A DNA stretch of 64,000 bases from Planctomycetota bacterium (GCA_965223505.1 CBDCWP010000004.1:15309-79308), one strand, 5' to 3'. Shown: positions 1 to 10,126, counted from the stretch's first letter. Made by a program: numbers and translations. The notes: generated by a model not told the origin, from the letters alone.

Positions 1-257
1 CTACGCAACAACGGGGGATTGCTGAACACTTGCGCAGCCAGCGCCGCGCGATCCGCGCCGCCGTCCTCGGCCACGAACTGGGCGCCCAGCTCCTTCTCGA
101 GCCGGCCCTCGCGCGCGCAGGCGTCGAGCGCTTCGTGGGCGAGCTGGTCCGCGTCGACCACCTCGGCCCCCGTCAGCTGGGACAGCAGCGCGGCCACGTG
201 GGACTTCCCCGACCCGATGCCGCCTAACAAACCGAGAACGATGCGCTGGTTGTCCAA
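1..257 (-). CDS. coaE: dephospho-CoA kinase (3' end outside window)
   Basis: Manual translation from TTG at 257 (GGAG RBS upstream): MDNQRIVLGLLGGIGSGKSHVAALL...VVDADQLAH...DRAALAAQVF. This has the CoaE P-loop and DAD motif. Not in the ORF track. Confidence 0.9.
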   Translation of the reverse strand, partial: MDNQRIVLGLLGGIGSGKSHVAALLSQLTGAEVVDADQLAHEALDACAREGRLEKELGAQFVAEDGGADRAALAAQVFSNPPLLR

Positions 258-823
258 GGGACTCCGATCGGATGCCCGGTCTCCATGCGGCTTGGCAGAC
301 GGCCAGCCGCGAGAGACGTCACGTCGCCGCCGGGGATCTCTGGCTTCCGGGTCACTCAAGGTGGTGTGTGCCTCACGAACGGCGCTCCGTGGCCGCCCCA
401 CGCCCCCCCAGGCCCGTCTGGAACGGGCCGCGCTTGACGGGCCCGTCCGGTCGCCACACGGTGACCGGCAAACAACGCCGAGACCTGCCGGCCGCGCCGA
501 ATCGAACAAGGAGGAGCGGGCGGCGCTCAGGAGGGAAGTCCGACGGGGCGCGGGGCCCCGTCTCCGCGTGACCACCATAGAGATGCGCTCGGAGGGGTCA
601 AGCCGGAACCCCCGTTCGGGGCCCGATTTGCGGCGGCCAGCCGAGTGTGTGGATGTTGACGCCCGCGCGGAGGCGCTGCTACCGTATCGAGCCGGTGGGA
701 GGACTGGTCGGTTGGGCTGGCTGGTTCCGGCTCCCCGTGCAGCCACACGGCGTCGCCGCGTGGTGCGGGGCGCTGTTTCCTCGTACCGTTTCGCAATTCG
801 CTCACCCCCCTACGGAGACAGCT

Positions 824-2488
824 ATGCGCTCTCTCAACCGGCTTCAGCGCGGCAGCACGAACTGGCCGTTCGTCATCGCGCTCCTCCTTCTGATCGTCTT
901 CATCTACCTCTGGTACGACTGCACCGACAAGCGCGACACCCAGATGGCGCGTGCGGACAAGGCCGAGAAAGAGATCGCCGACCTGCGCAAGGTCAACACG
1001 GCGGCCGGCGAGGAACTCAACGCCATCGCGGCGCTCATCGGCTTCAAGAAGGCGTACGAGGGGGGCATTCCGGACACGGTCACCGTGGATCGCGCGCTGC
1101 TGGAGCAGCACCTCGCCGACAACGGCTCGATCGCCGGCGACGACGGCGCGGTCGACGGGCTCGTCGCGCTGCTGATCAAGGAAGCCGTCCTCAAGATGGA
1201 GAAGGAGCTCCGTCCCGAGGGCGCGACCAGCGGAACCGAGAAGAGCTACAAGTCCAAGGTCATGTCCGAAGAGCTGAAGAACGCGCTCGCGGACCTGCCC
1301 GAGGTGCCGAGCGCGCCGCCCATGCCCATGGACCAGGGCGATGCGGACGCGATGGCCGAGTACAAGCAGAAGCTCGCGGACTACGAAGCAGCTGTAGCGG
1401 CCTACCGTCAGAAGATGACCGAGCTGTCGCAGATGGAGGGCTTCGAAGAGGTCGCCACGACGATCATGCTGTCGCCGCGCGGCAACCCGGACGGGAAGAA
1501 CCTCGTCGAGATCCGGATGTTCGGCCCGCTCGAGGAGCTCACCGTTCGCGACCTGATCGCGAAGCTGCCGCAGATTCACCGTCAGCTGATCAAGGAGTTC
1601 GTCGCGCACAAGAACGCCGACACGGCCACGATCGTTCAGCTGCGCGAGGACATCAATCAGCGCAACGAGGAGATCACGCGGCTGCAGGGTGAGCTCAAGA
1701 CCGAGCAGGAAGCGCACCAGCGCGACCTGGCGAACGCCGAGACGCAGCTCAACGAGGCGAACGAGCGCACCAACATCAACTTGATCGCGAAGACCAACGC
1801 CGAGCAGGCGCTGGCTCTCGAGAAGGAAGGGCGTCGCAAGGACGTCGGCAAGCTGACGCAGGAGCTCGAGGCGCGCAAGGAAGCGCTGCGCATCCTCAAG
1901 CAGAAGCGCGACCTCGTCATTCGCCGCGACGACATCGACGGCAAGATCCTGGCGGCCAGCAACTCGCTGCGCACCGCCACGATCAACCTCGGCTTCAAGG
2001 ACAAGGTCTACGTCGGCCAGCAGTTCAACGTGAGCGCGTTGAACAACGTCGGCGACCGCGTCCCGAAGGGCGAGGTCATGGTCACGCGCGTCACGGGCGA
2101 TCACTCCGCTCGCGCCCGCATCACCAGCGCCACCTCGATGCTCGGGAGCGGCGATCTCATTCACAACCCGTTCTACAGCCCGACCGAGTCGATCCACGTG
2201 TGGTTCGCCGGCACGCTGGACAAGTGGCCCCGCGAGATGGCCGCGCAGCGCCTTGGACAGATGAACGTCACCGTCCAGGACGCGATGAACGGCAAGACCG
2301 ACTACGTCGTGGTCCCCGACTCCTGGGTGCTTGCCGAGGAGGCGGCGCCGACCGGCGACGAGGATGAGGAGGAAGAAGACGAGGACAGCGGTGCGGCCAG
2401 CCCGCTGGACCAGGTCCGCAAGGCGGCGCGTCTGAACGGCGCGACCATCATCACGGAGAGCCTGCTGGACGCGTTCCTCGACTTCTAA
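824..2488 (+). CDS. membrane-anchored coiled-coil protein with C-terminal beta/BRCT-like region
   Basis: ATG at 824 after GGAGA. N-terminal TM helix (WPFVIALLLLIVFIYLW), long heptad-rich region, then INLGFKDKV and a BRCT-like VWFAG...KTDYVVVP...GATIITESLL segment. Confidence 0.7.
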   Translation: MRSLNRLQRGSTNWPFVIALLLLIVFIYLWYDCTDKRDTQMARADKAEKEIADLRKVNTAAGEELNAIAALIGFKKAYEGGIPDTVTVDRALLEQHLADNGSIAGDDGAVDGLVALLIKEAVLKMEKELRPEGATSGTEKSYKSKVMSEELKNALADLPEVPSAPPMPMDQGDADAMAEYKQKLADYEAAVAAYRQKMTELSQMEGFEEVATTIMLSPRGNPDGKNLVEIRMFGPLEELTVRDLIAKLPQIHRQLIKEFVAHKNADTATIVQLREDINQRNEEITRLQGELKTEQEAHQRDLANAETQLNEANERTNINLIAKTNAEQALALEKEGRRKDVGKLTQELEARKEALRILKQKRDLVIRRDDIDGKILAASNSLRTATINLGFKDKVYVGQQFNVSALNNVGDRVPKGEVMVTRVTGDHSARARITSATSMLGSGDLIHNPFYSPTESIHVWFAGTLDKWPREMAAQRLGQMNVTVQDAMNGKTDYVVVPDSWVLAEEAAPTGDEDEEEEDEDSGAASPLDQVRKAARLNGATIITESLLDAFLDF

Positions 2489-2515
2489 AGCAGTCGACCG
2501 AACAACCAGACATCT

Positions 2516-2545
2516 GAGGGCCGGCGGAGGGATCCGCCGGCCCTC
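2516..2545 (+). terminator. GC-rich hairpin, probable terminator
   Basis: 13-bp stem GAGGGCCGGCGGA/TCCGCCGGCCCTC, about 30 nt after the stop at 2488. Weak U-tract. Confidence 0.5.
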
Positions 2546-2743
2546 TTCAATTCGTCATCGACGCACGCCGATCTACAATCGAGCTGACGAATCTCTCGTC
2601 GCCGAAGGTCGTCGCCCGCGATCCGAGCGCCTGGCGAAGTGCGCTGCGATTCTCGTGACCGATTCGGAAACCACGGCCCGAAGAGGCTGGCAGCCACCCG
2701 CGCATCGAAGGCTATGCTTGCGCCGTAGATCGGTTTCCCCGCG

Positions 2744-3673
2744 ATGATCCCTGACGACGCCACCCACGATCCGATGCGCGACCCCGAAGACGACCTGCCG
2801 CGCATGACGCTGCCGGAGCACTTGAACGAGCTGCGGGCGCGGCTGTTCCGCTCCATGATCGCGATCGTCGTCGGCATGGTGATCGCGTTCTTCTTCTACT
2901 ACGAGATCTTCGAGTTCGTGACCGCGCCGTTCAACGAGGCCGCGATCAAGCTCGGAAAGCCCGAGCTCAAGCTCAACGTGATCGACCCGGGCGAGGCGTT
3001 CATGCAGACGCTGAAGCTGTGCTTCCTCGCGGGCGTCGTCGCCGTCGCGCCGATCGTGCTGTGGCAGATGTGGGGCTTCATCTCGGCGGGGCTGTACGAC
3101 AAGGAGAAGCGCTACGTGCGCATCTTCTTCCCGGTATCGATCGTCCTGTTCGGTTTGGGCCTGTTGGCGGCGTACGTCATCCTGATCCCGTTCGGCATGC
3201 GGTTCCTGCTGGGATGGGCCGGGTCGCTGCCCGAGATCACGAACACGATTCGCCTCGAGTCGTACGTATCGACGTGCCTGACGATGGTTTTCGCGATGGG
3301 GCTGCTGTTCGAGCTACCGCTCGTGATGCTGTTCCTGCAGGCCACCGACATCGTGCGGCGCGAGACGTTCAAGAAGGGCTGGCGCGTCGCGGTCGTCGTC
3401 TCGTTCATCCTCGGCATGTTGTTGACGGACCCGAGCCCGATCACGCAGATCATGATGGCGATCCCGGTGGTGGGGCTCTACTGGCTGGGGGTGTGGGGCG
3501 GCCGCTTCGTGGGGGAGAATCCCGAGCGGTTCCGGCTCTGGAAGGCGTGGCCCATCTTCTTGGGCGCGACGATCTTCACCTTGATGTTGGTGTACGCGGA
3601 CACGCTGAACGACTGGGCCGCCGAAATCTTCGGGCCGGACGAGACGCCCACGAAAGAAGCGCCGGACGAGTAG
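2744..3673 (+). CDS. tatC: twin-arginine translocase subunit TatC
   Basis: HLNELRARL, WQMWGFISAGLYDKEKRY, FELP motifs and multiple TM helices. Confidence 0.95.
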   Translation: MIPDDATHDPMRDPEDDLPRMTLPEHLNELRARLFRSMIAIVVGMVIAFFFYYEIFEFVTAPFNEAAIKLGKPELKLNVIDPGEAFMQTLKLCFLAGVVAVAPIVLWQMWGFISAGLYDKEKRYVRIFFPVSIVLFGLGLLAAYVILIPFGMRFLLGWAGSLPEITNTIRLESYVSTCLTMVFAMGLLFELPLVMLFLQATDIVRRETFKKGWRVAVVVSFILGMLLTDPSPITQIMMAIPVVGLYWLGVWGGRFVGENPERFRLWKAWPIFLGATIFTLMLVYADTLNDWAAEIFGPDETPTKEAPDE

Positions 3674-3813
3674 GAGCGGTCTCGTACCCGCCCGTCCCGT
3701 CGACCTCTTGGTTGCGCTCGACGCCGGTCCGGGCGCCGGCATCGGGATCGGCGCCGGCAACGGGTTCGGTATCGCGTTCGGGTCCGGCGTCTCGGCGCTA
3801 CCCTTCCCGCATC

Positions 3814-4887
3814 ATGCGCATCGCCCTGATCGGACTCCGAGGCGCCGGCAAGACCACCGTCTTCAACGCCGTCGCCGAACAACCCGTCGAGCTTCCCGGC
3901 GGGTTCCAGACCGAGACCCACGTCCAGGTCGTCAAGGTCCGCGACGAACGACTCGAAGCCTGCCGCGACATCTTCAACCCCAAGAAGTTCACCCAGGCGG
4001 GCCTGGAGCTCTGGGACCCGCCCGGCCTCGCGCCCGGCACCGCCGAAGCGGACAAGGAACAGCGCACCCGGCTCCTCTCCCAACTGCGTGACTTCGACGC
4101 CTACGTCGTCGTCGTGCGCAACTTCAAGTCGGACCTCTACCCGTACGAGCGGCCCGAGGCCGATCCAGCCGCCGACGTGAAACGCGTCGTCGGCGAGCTC
4201 ACGTCCGCCGACTTCGTCATCGCCGAGACGCGCGCGGAGAAGCTGCGCGAGAACATCCAACGCAAGGCGCGCTCGTTCGACCAGGACAAGCTCGAGCTCG
4301 CCGTGCTCGAGAAATGCCTCGAGAAGATGGAGGCCGACGAGTACCTCGGCGACCTCGAGCTCGACGCCGGGGACGCCAAGCGCATTCGCGGCTTCCAGTT
4401 CTTCGGCCGCAAGCCGTTCCTGCTGCTCGTGAACGGCGCCGACGCGGGGCCGGTGGGGCTCGGCGACGGCAGCGTCATTCCCTTCCGCGCGACGATGACG
4501 ATGGACGCGCAGATCGACGCGGAGCTCGCCGCCATGGACGCGGAGGACCGGCCCGCGTTCATGGAGGAGTTCGGCATCGAGGAAGCCGCGGCCGAGCGCT
4601 TCGTGCGCGAGGTGTACGCGGGTGTCGGACTGCGCTCGTTCTTCACCGTAGGCGAGGACGAGGTGCGCGCCTGGACGATTCGCGCCGGCGACGACGCGGT
4701 CACCGCCGCCGGCAAGATCCACACGGATCTCGCGAAGGGCTTCGTTCGCGCAGAGGTGTTCCCGTACGAGGCGCTCGTCGCCGCCGGCAGCATGCGTGAG
4801 CTCAAGGCGCAGAACGGCGTGCGTCTCGAATCGAAGGACTACGAGGTCAAGGACGGCGACATCGTCCACATCCGGAGCGGCCTGTAG
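3814..4887 (+). CDS. ychF: YchF/Obg-like ATPase
   Basis: GLRGAGKTT P-loop, FFTVGEDEVRAWTI, AAGKIHTDLAKGFVRAEV, DYEVKDGDIV. Start refined to ATG 3814. Confidence 0.92.
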   Translation: MRIALIGLRGAGKTTVFNAVAEQPVELPGGFQTETHVQVVKVRDERLEACRDIFNPKKFTQAGLELWDPPGLAPGTAEADKEQRTRLLSQLRDFDAYVVVVRNFKSDLYPYERPEADPAADVKRVVGELTSADFVIAETRAEKLRENIQRKARSFDQDKLELAVLEKCLEKMEADEYLGDLELDAGDAKRIRGFQFFGRKPFLLLVNGADAGPVGLGDGSVIPFRATMTMDAQIDAELAAMDAEDRPAFMEEFGIEEAAAERFVREVYAGVGLRSFFTVGEDEVRAWTIRAGDDAVTAAGKIHTDLAKGFVRAEVFPYEALVAAGSMRELKAQNGVRLESKDYEVKDGDIVHIRSGL

Positions 4888-6102
4888 GTGATCGCCGCCT
4901 CCATCGTCATCGTCGGTGACGAGGTGCTGGCGGGACATCGCGCCGACGCGAACGGACCGTGGCTGGCGAGAGCGTTGACGCGTCTCGGCGTGCGCGTGGA
5001 TCGCATTCGCGCGGTCGGGGACGACGAAGACGCCATCGCAGGCGTGCTTCGAAACGCGGCCGCGGTCTCGCAGCTCGTGGTCTGCTGCGGCGGCATCGGA
5101 CCGACGGAGGACGATCGCACCCGCGAGGCGCTCGCGCGCGCGGCCGGCGCGCCGCTCGGGGTCGACGACGAGGCCTTCGGGGCGATCCGGGCGTGTCTCG
5201 CGCAGCGCGGCGTTCCGGTGCGGCCGGTGCACGAGCAACAGGCGCAGGTGCCCGCGGGCGGGACCTGGCTTCGCAACGTCACCGGCGTGGCGCCGGGCAT
5301 CGACGTCGAGATCGACGGCGCGCGGGTCGTGGCGTTTCCGGGCGTGCCGCACGAGATGCACGCGATGTTCGAAGCGCACGTCGAGCCGTGGGTGCGCGCG
5401 CATCCGGACCGTGCGCCGCAGGTCGAGCGGGGCATCTGGACCGCGGGCATCTTCGAGTCGGAGGTCGAGCGCCGGCTGCGCGAGCTGTCGGGCAGCGAGG
5501 GCGTGTCGGTCGGCTTCTATCCGCACGAGGGCGAGGTCGAGGTGCGACTCGTGGGCGCCGACGAAGAAGCGGTTACGCGGTTCGAGGCCCGCGCGCGCGA
5601 CGTGCTGGGCGACCACGTGTTCGACCCGCCGCCGGGCGGGACGATCGAGCACGCGGTGATCGAGCTGCTGCGCGCCGTAGGCCGAACGCTTGCGACCGCC
5701 GAATCGGTGACGGGCGGGCACCTGGTGAACATGCTGACGCGCGTTCCCGGCGCGAGCGACGTGTTGCTGGGTGGTTGGATCACGTATGCGTCGGAGCAGA
5801 AGACGACGCAGCTCGGTGTCTCGGCGGCGCTGATCGAGGTCGAGGGGGTGGTGTCGGCGCCGGTGGCGCGTGCGATGGCGGAGGGGGCGCGGGCGCGCTC
5901 GGGCGCCGACTACGCGTTGGCGACGACGGGTGTGGCGGGGCCGGGCGACTGGGGCGACGTTCCGCAGGGGCGGGTGTTCGTGGGCCTTGCGACGCCGGAC
6001 GGCGGAAGCACGGCGCGGGAGCTGAATCTCCCGTTCCCCCGCGCGGGCGTCCAGCGCCGCGCGTCGGTGGCGGCGCTCGACCTGTTGCGGCGCTCGTTGT
6101 AG
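4888..6102 (+). CDS. cinA: CinA (MocF-like domain plus NMN deamidase PncC)
   Basis: VGDEVLAG, GGIGPTEDDRT, FPGVPHEM, ATAESVTGG, TTGVAGP. Confidence 0.92.
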   Translation: MIAASIVIVGDEVLAGHRADANGPWLARALTRLGVRVDRIRAVGDDEDAIAGVLRNAAAVSQLVVCCGGIGPTEDDRTREALARAAGAPLGVDDEAFGAIRACLAQRGVPVRPVHEQQAQVPAGGTWLRNVTGVAPGIDVEIDGARVVAFPGVPHEMHAMFEAHVEPWVRAHPDRAPQVERGIWTAGIFESEVERRLRELSGSEGVSVGFYPHEGEVEVRLVGADEEAVTRFEARARDVLGDHVFDPPPGGTIEHAVIELLRAVGRTLATAESVTGGHLVNMLTRVPGASDVLLGGWITYASEQKTTQLGVSAALIEVEGVVSAPVARAMAEGARARSGADYALATTGVAGPGDWGDVPQGRVFVGLATPDGGSTARELNLPFPRAGVQRRASVAALDLLRRSL

Positions 6103-6322
6103 GGGCAGCCCTTGTGGCTGCCCAAATGGGTGACCATCCGCTCCGAGGTGTCGTGCACGATCACGTGCACGATCACGTCCACGTGACGGATCAAACGTAG
6201 GGGCAGCCCTTGTGGCTGCCCAATGGGCGACCTGTAGGGGCATCCCTCGTGGCTGCCCAATTGGGCGACCTGTAGGGGCAGCCCTCGTGGACTGCGCGGG
6301 CGACCACGAGGGTCGCCGCGAC
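6099..6322. repeat. cluster of GTAG-type REP-like palindromes
   Basis: GTAGGGGCAGCCCTTGTGGCTGCCC and variants start at 6099, 6197, 6234 and 6272, with an inverted copy at about 6298-6322 and a CACGNN hexamer tract. Same unit as at 24.3 kb. Confidence 0.85.
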
Positions 6323-6379
6323 GGCCATTCGACCCGGACGCGAGTGACGGGGGGGCCGCGTGGGCGTGCCGAACGGAGG

Positions 6380-6455
6380 TGGTTCCCCGGGGAGGACTCG
6401 AACCTCCAACTCTCAGATTCAAAGTCTGATGTGCTACCAGTTGCACCACCGGGGA
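6380..6455 (-). tRNA. tRNA-Gln(TTG)
   Basis: Minus strand reads TCCCCGGTGGTGCAACTGGTAGCACA-TCAGA-CT-TTG-AA-TCTGA-GAGTT-GGAGG-TTCGAGT-CCTCC-CCGGGGA-ACCA. Full cloverleaf with encoded CCA. Confidence 0.95.
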
Positions 6456-6667
6456 ACGCGACACATCGCGAGCGATCGTACCTGCGCCCGGAGCAATCCC
6501 GAATCCGTAGCCGATCCGAGCCCCGAACCCGTTCCTGCTCCTCTCCCGTTCCCGAACCCGCTCCCCACCCCGCTCCCGCTCCCTCGCCCGCTGCTCCCTC
6601 TCCCGCCCTTCCCCTATCTCCCCATATGTGTTCGACTACCGCCCCCGGCCTCAAGGAGGAGAACACG

Positions 6668-6883
6668 ATGGGTCGACTGCTCGCATTCATCCTCGGGGGC
6701 GCGGCGCTCGCGCTCTACGGTCCGCACCTCTTCCCCGGTGACATCGCCGACAACGTCGAGACGTTCTGGCGCGATCTGATCCAGAGCGACGACTGGTACG
6801 AACGCATCTTCAAGACCGGTCCCGGCCTGTTCGCCGGGCTCGCCCTGATCCTCATCGCGACGCGCGGCGGCGGCGGCGACTAG
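6668..6883 (+). CDS. small membrane protein (71 aa)
   Basis: Strong RBS AAGGAGGA. MGRLLAFILGGAALAL...GPGLFAGLALILIA has two hydrophobic stretches and typical codon usage. Confidence 0.7.
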   Translation: MGRLLAFILGGAALALYGPHLFPGDIADNVETFWRDLIQSDDWYERIFKTGPGLFAGLALILIATRGGGGD

Positions 6884-6887
6884 GAAC

Positions 6888-8207
6888 GTGGGCGCAGCAC
6901 GACCCCTCGCCCTGCTGGTTCTCGCAGCCGGCAAGGGCACCCGCATGGGCGGCGACGACGACGCGCCGCCCAAGGTGCTCGTGCCGTGCCTGGGCGTCCC
7001 GCTGCTCGACCACCTCCGGCGGGCCGTCGAACCGCTCGGCGCCGCCGAGACCGTCGTCGTCACCGGGCACCGCGCCGACCTCGTCGACGCCTGGCTCGGC
7101 GAGCACTGGCCCGGCGCCCGGATCGTGCTGCAGGTCCCGCAGAACGGCACCGGCCACGCCACCCGGCTCGCGCTCGAAGCGATCCCGGACTTCGACGGAG
7201 ACGTGCTGGTGCTGAACGGCGACGTCCCGCAGCTGCACACGTCCGATCTGGAGCACCTGCTCGCCGCCCATCGCGACACCGGCGCCCAGGCCTCGCTGCT
7301 CACGGGCGTCGTCGACGAGCCGGGTCGCCTCGGCCGGGTGGTGCGAGACGCCGACGGCGCGTTCGAAGCGATCGTCGAGGCCGCCGACGCCGACGCCGCC
7401 GTGCTCGCGATCAAGGAGTTCAACACCGGCATCTACGCCTTCGACGCGGCGGCGCTGCGGGAGGCCGTCGGCGGCCTCTCGACGGCCAACGCCCAGGGCG
7501 AGGAATACGTCACCGACGCGGTCGGCCTGGTCGACGGCGTCGTCACGCCGGTCCCGTGCGCCGATCCCGGCTCGCTCTCGGGCGTCAACGACTGGGCGGA
7601 CCTGGCGATCGCGACGTCGCTCATTCGGCGCCGGATCACCGCCGCGCACATGGCGCGCGGCGTCGTCGTCACGGACCCCGACACCACGGTCATCGAGGTC
7701 GACGTCGAGATCGAAGCCGGCGCGACCGTCTTTCCGTTCTCGTACATCGGCAAGGGCTGCCGCATCGGCGCAGGCGCGGAGGTCGGCCCGTTCGCACGGC
7801 TGCGCAACGGCGCCGTGCTCGAAGCCGGCGCGCAGGTGGGCAACTTCGTGGAGGTGAAGAACAGCGTGCTGAGAGCCGGCGCCAAGGCGAAGCACCTCAC
7901 CTACCTCGGCGATGCGGACGTCGGCGAGCGCGCCAACATCGGCTGCGGCACGATCACCGCCAACTACGACGGCAAGGACAAGCACCGCACGACCATCGGT
8001 GCCGATGCGAGCGTCGGATCTGGTACCGTCCTCGTCGCGCCGGTGACGCTGCCGGAAGGCGCCCGAACCGGTGCCAATGCGGTGGTCTTGCCTACGACGA
8101 AGGCGCAACCGGGAGACACCGTGGCGGGCGTGCCCGCGCGGGTCGTCTCGAAGAAGAACGACGACGCGTCCGCGCCGGACGCCGAGAAAGAGGAGTCAAG
8201 CGCGTGA
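6888..8207 (+). CDS. glmU: bifunctional GlmU
   Basis: LAAGKGTRM, GTGHA, EFNTGIY, GNFVEVKNS, HLTYLGDA, NIGCGTITANYDG. Confidence 0.95.
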   Translation: MGAARPLALLVLAAGKGTRMGGDDDAPPKVLVPCLGVPLLDHLRRAVEPLGAAETVVVTGHRADLVDAWLGEHWPGARIVLQVPQNGTGHATRLALEAIPDFDGDVLVLNGDVPQLHTSDLEHLLAAHRDTGAQASLLTGVVDEPGRLGRVVRDADGAFEAIVEAADADAAVLAIKEFNTGIYAFDAAALREAVGGLSTANAQGEEYVTDAVGLVDGVVTPVPCADPGSLSGVNDWADLAIATSLIRRRITAAHMARGVVVTDPDTTVIEVDVEIEAGATVFPFSYIGKGCRIGAGAEVGPFARLRNGAVLEAGAQVGNFVEVKNSVLRAGAKAKHLTYLGDADVGERANIGCGTITANYDGKDKHRTTIGADASVGSGTVLVAPVTLPEGARTGANAVVLPTTKAQPGDTVAGVPARVVSKKNDDASAPDAEKEESSA

Positions 8208-9163
8208 GCGAACGAGGCCTACAGCTGATCGCCGGCAACGCCTGTCCCCAGCTCGCCGACGAGATCGCGCTCGAGCTCGGCATCGACCGCACGGCCGCGC
8301 GCGTCGCGCGTTTCCCCGACGGCGAGATCGACGTGCGGATCGACTCGAACGTGCGCGGCGGCGACGTGTTCATCGTGCAGTCCACCTGTCCGCCGGTGAA
8401 CGACAACCTGATGGAGCTGCTGCTGCTCATCGACGCGGCGCGCCGAGCCTCGGCCGATCGCATCACCGCCGTGATTCCGTACTACGGCTACGCACGCAAG
8501 GACCGCAAGGACGAGGGACGCGTTCCGATCACCGCCAAGCTCACAGCGAACCTGCTCGTCGAGGCGGGCGCGCAGCGCGTGCTCACCGTGGACCTGCACG
8601 CGGCGCAGATTCAGGGCTTCTTCGACATCCCGGTCGATCACCTCTACTCGGCGCCGGTGCTGGCGTCGCACTTCCGCAACCAGCGTCTACCCGACTTGAC
8701 CGTCGTGGCGCCGGACGTGGGCTCGTCGAAGATGGCGCGGGGCTACGCCGGCCGGCTCGGGGGCGAGCTCGCCATCGTCGACAAGCGCCGGGTCTCGGCG
8801 GAAGACATCGAGATCGGCGCCGTGATCGGCGAGGTCGAGGGCCGCAACGTCCTGCTCATCGACGACATGATCTCGACGGCGGGGTCGATCACCGAAGCGG
8901 CGAAGCTCTGCAAGGACAAGGGCGCGACGTCCGTTCGGATCGCCGCGACCCACGGCGTCCTGTGCGGGCCGGCCCGGGAGCGCCTGCGGGCGGCGCCCGT
9001 CGAGGAGATCGTGCTGACCGACACGATTCCGGTCGATCCCACGGGGCTGGACAAGCTGACGGTGCTCTCGATCGCCCCGCTGCTGGCGGAGGCGGTGATG
9101 CGGGTCCACAGGGAGCAGTCCATCTCCGCGATCTTCAACCGCCGCGAAGAGGGCATGTCCTAG
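8204..9163 (+). CDS. prs: ribose-phosphate pyrophosphokinase
   Basis: FPDGEI, PYYGYARKDRK, DLHAAQIQGFF, IDDMISTAGS. GTG start overlaps the glmU stop. Confidence 0.96.
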   Translation: MSERGLQLIAGNACPQLADEIALELGIDRTAARVARFPDGEIDVRIDSNVRGGDVFIVQSTCPPVNDNLMELLLLIDAARRASADRITAVIPYYGYARKDRKDEGRVPITAKLTANLLVEAGAQRVLTVDLHAAQIQGFFDIPVDHLYSAPVLASHFRNQRLPDLTVVAPDVGSSKMARGYAGRLGGELAIVDKRRVSAEDIEIGAVIGEVEGRNVLLIDDMISTAGSITEAAKLCKDKGATSVRIAATHGVLCGPARERLRAAPVEEIVLTDTIPVDPTGLDKLTVLSIAPLLAEAVMRVHREQSISAIFNRREEGMS

Positions 9164-9215
9164 CGGACCGCTGGATGCTCGGTGGCGCAGCGGACCGCTG
9201 GATGCTCGGTGGCGC
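9162..9215. repeat. perfect 27-bp tandem duplication
   Basis: AGCGGACCGCTGGATGCTCGGTGGCGC x2 (9162-9188 and 9189-9215). Confidence 0.9.
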
Positions 9216-9472
9216 TGCGTGCCGTCGTCCTTGCGTGGTGCACCACGCGGCGTCCTCCGTCACTTTGCGGCACCTTCGCCCCAGCGATCCGCTCGGGCGC
9301 AAGGAGCTCGGCCGGTTCCCGCCTCCCGTTTCCCGCATCCCGTGAGCACCGTCCGGGAATCGGGAAACGGTCGGATCCCCCCTCCCGATCCTGGGCCCCC
9401 TGCGGTCCCCCGCGTAACCTTTTTGCCCCTCCGCGCCGGCGAACGAACGCCTCGCGATGATGGACAGGTGCC

Positions 9473-10126
9473 ATGGATTTCTTTCAGATCAACGTCGCGC
9501 TGCGCGAAGAGAACGGCACCGCTGCCGTCCGTCGCCTGCGCCGCGCCGGCCAGGTCCCGGCCAACCTCTACGGCCTGAAGCGCCGCAACCTCTCGCTCAC
9601 CATCGGCGAGGAGGACCTGCAGCGGTTCATGCGCTCCGATAGCCACCTCGTCGAGCTCAAGCTGGGCGACGAGGCGCGTCCGGCCATCGTGCGCGAGGTC
9701 CAGATCCACCCCGTCACCGACGAGATCCTGCACGTCGACTTCACGCGCGTCGCCGCGGACGTCGAGGTCGAAGACCACGTCCGCATCACCTTCAAGGGCC
9801 GCGCCAAGGGCACGACCGAAGGCGGCGTGTTCAACGCGCTCATGGACGCGGTCCTGCTGCGCGCACTGCCGAAGCACCTCCCGCACGAGATCATCCTCGA
9901 TGTGACCGAGCTGGCCCTGGGCGACGGCGTCACCGTCGAGGAGCTCGAGCTGCCGCCGAACGTGACAGCCGTCTCGAACCCGGAAGAGATGGTCTGCAAC
10001 GTCTCGACGCCGAAGGCGGTCGTCGAGGAAGAGCCCGTCGAGGGCGAGGAAGGCGAAGCCCCGGCCGAAGGCGAAGCCCCGGCCGAGGGCGGCGAAGAGA
10101 CGCCGGCCGAGGGTGGCGACGAGTAG
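9473..10126 (+). CDS. rplY: 50S ribosomal protein L25/Ctc
   Basis: RRLRRAGQVPANLYG, EVQIHPV...HVDF, C-terminal Ctc domain with acidic tail. prs-rplY-pth synteny. Confidence 0.95.
   Translation: MDFFQINVALREENGTAAVRRLRRAGQVPANLYGLKRRNLSLTIGEEDLQRFMRSDSHLVELKLGDEARPAIVREVQIHPVTDEILHVDFTRVAADVEVEDHVRITFKGRAKGTTEGGVFNALMDAVLLRALPKHLPHEIILDVTELALGDGVTVEELELPPNVTAVSNPEEMVCNVSTPKAVVEEEPVEGEEGEAPAEGEAPAEGGEETPAEGGDE

Noticed and set aside
3478..6690. Very long antisense or alternate-frame ORFs (also 14354-17095, 19669-22944, 26452-29430, 59469-62030)
   Set aside because: Shadow ORFs of well-supported genes, expected at this GC content, with no motifs.
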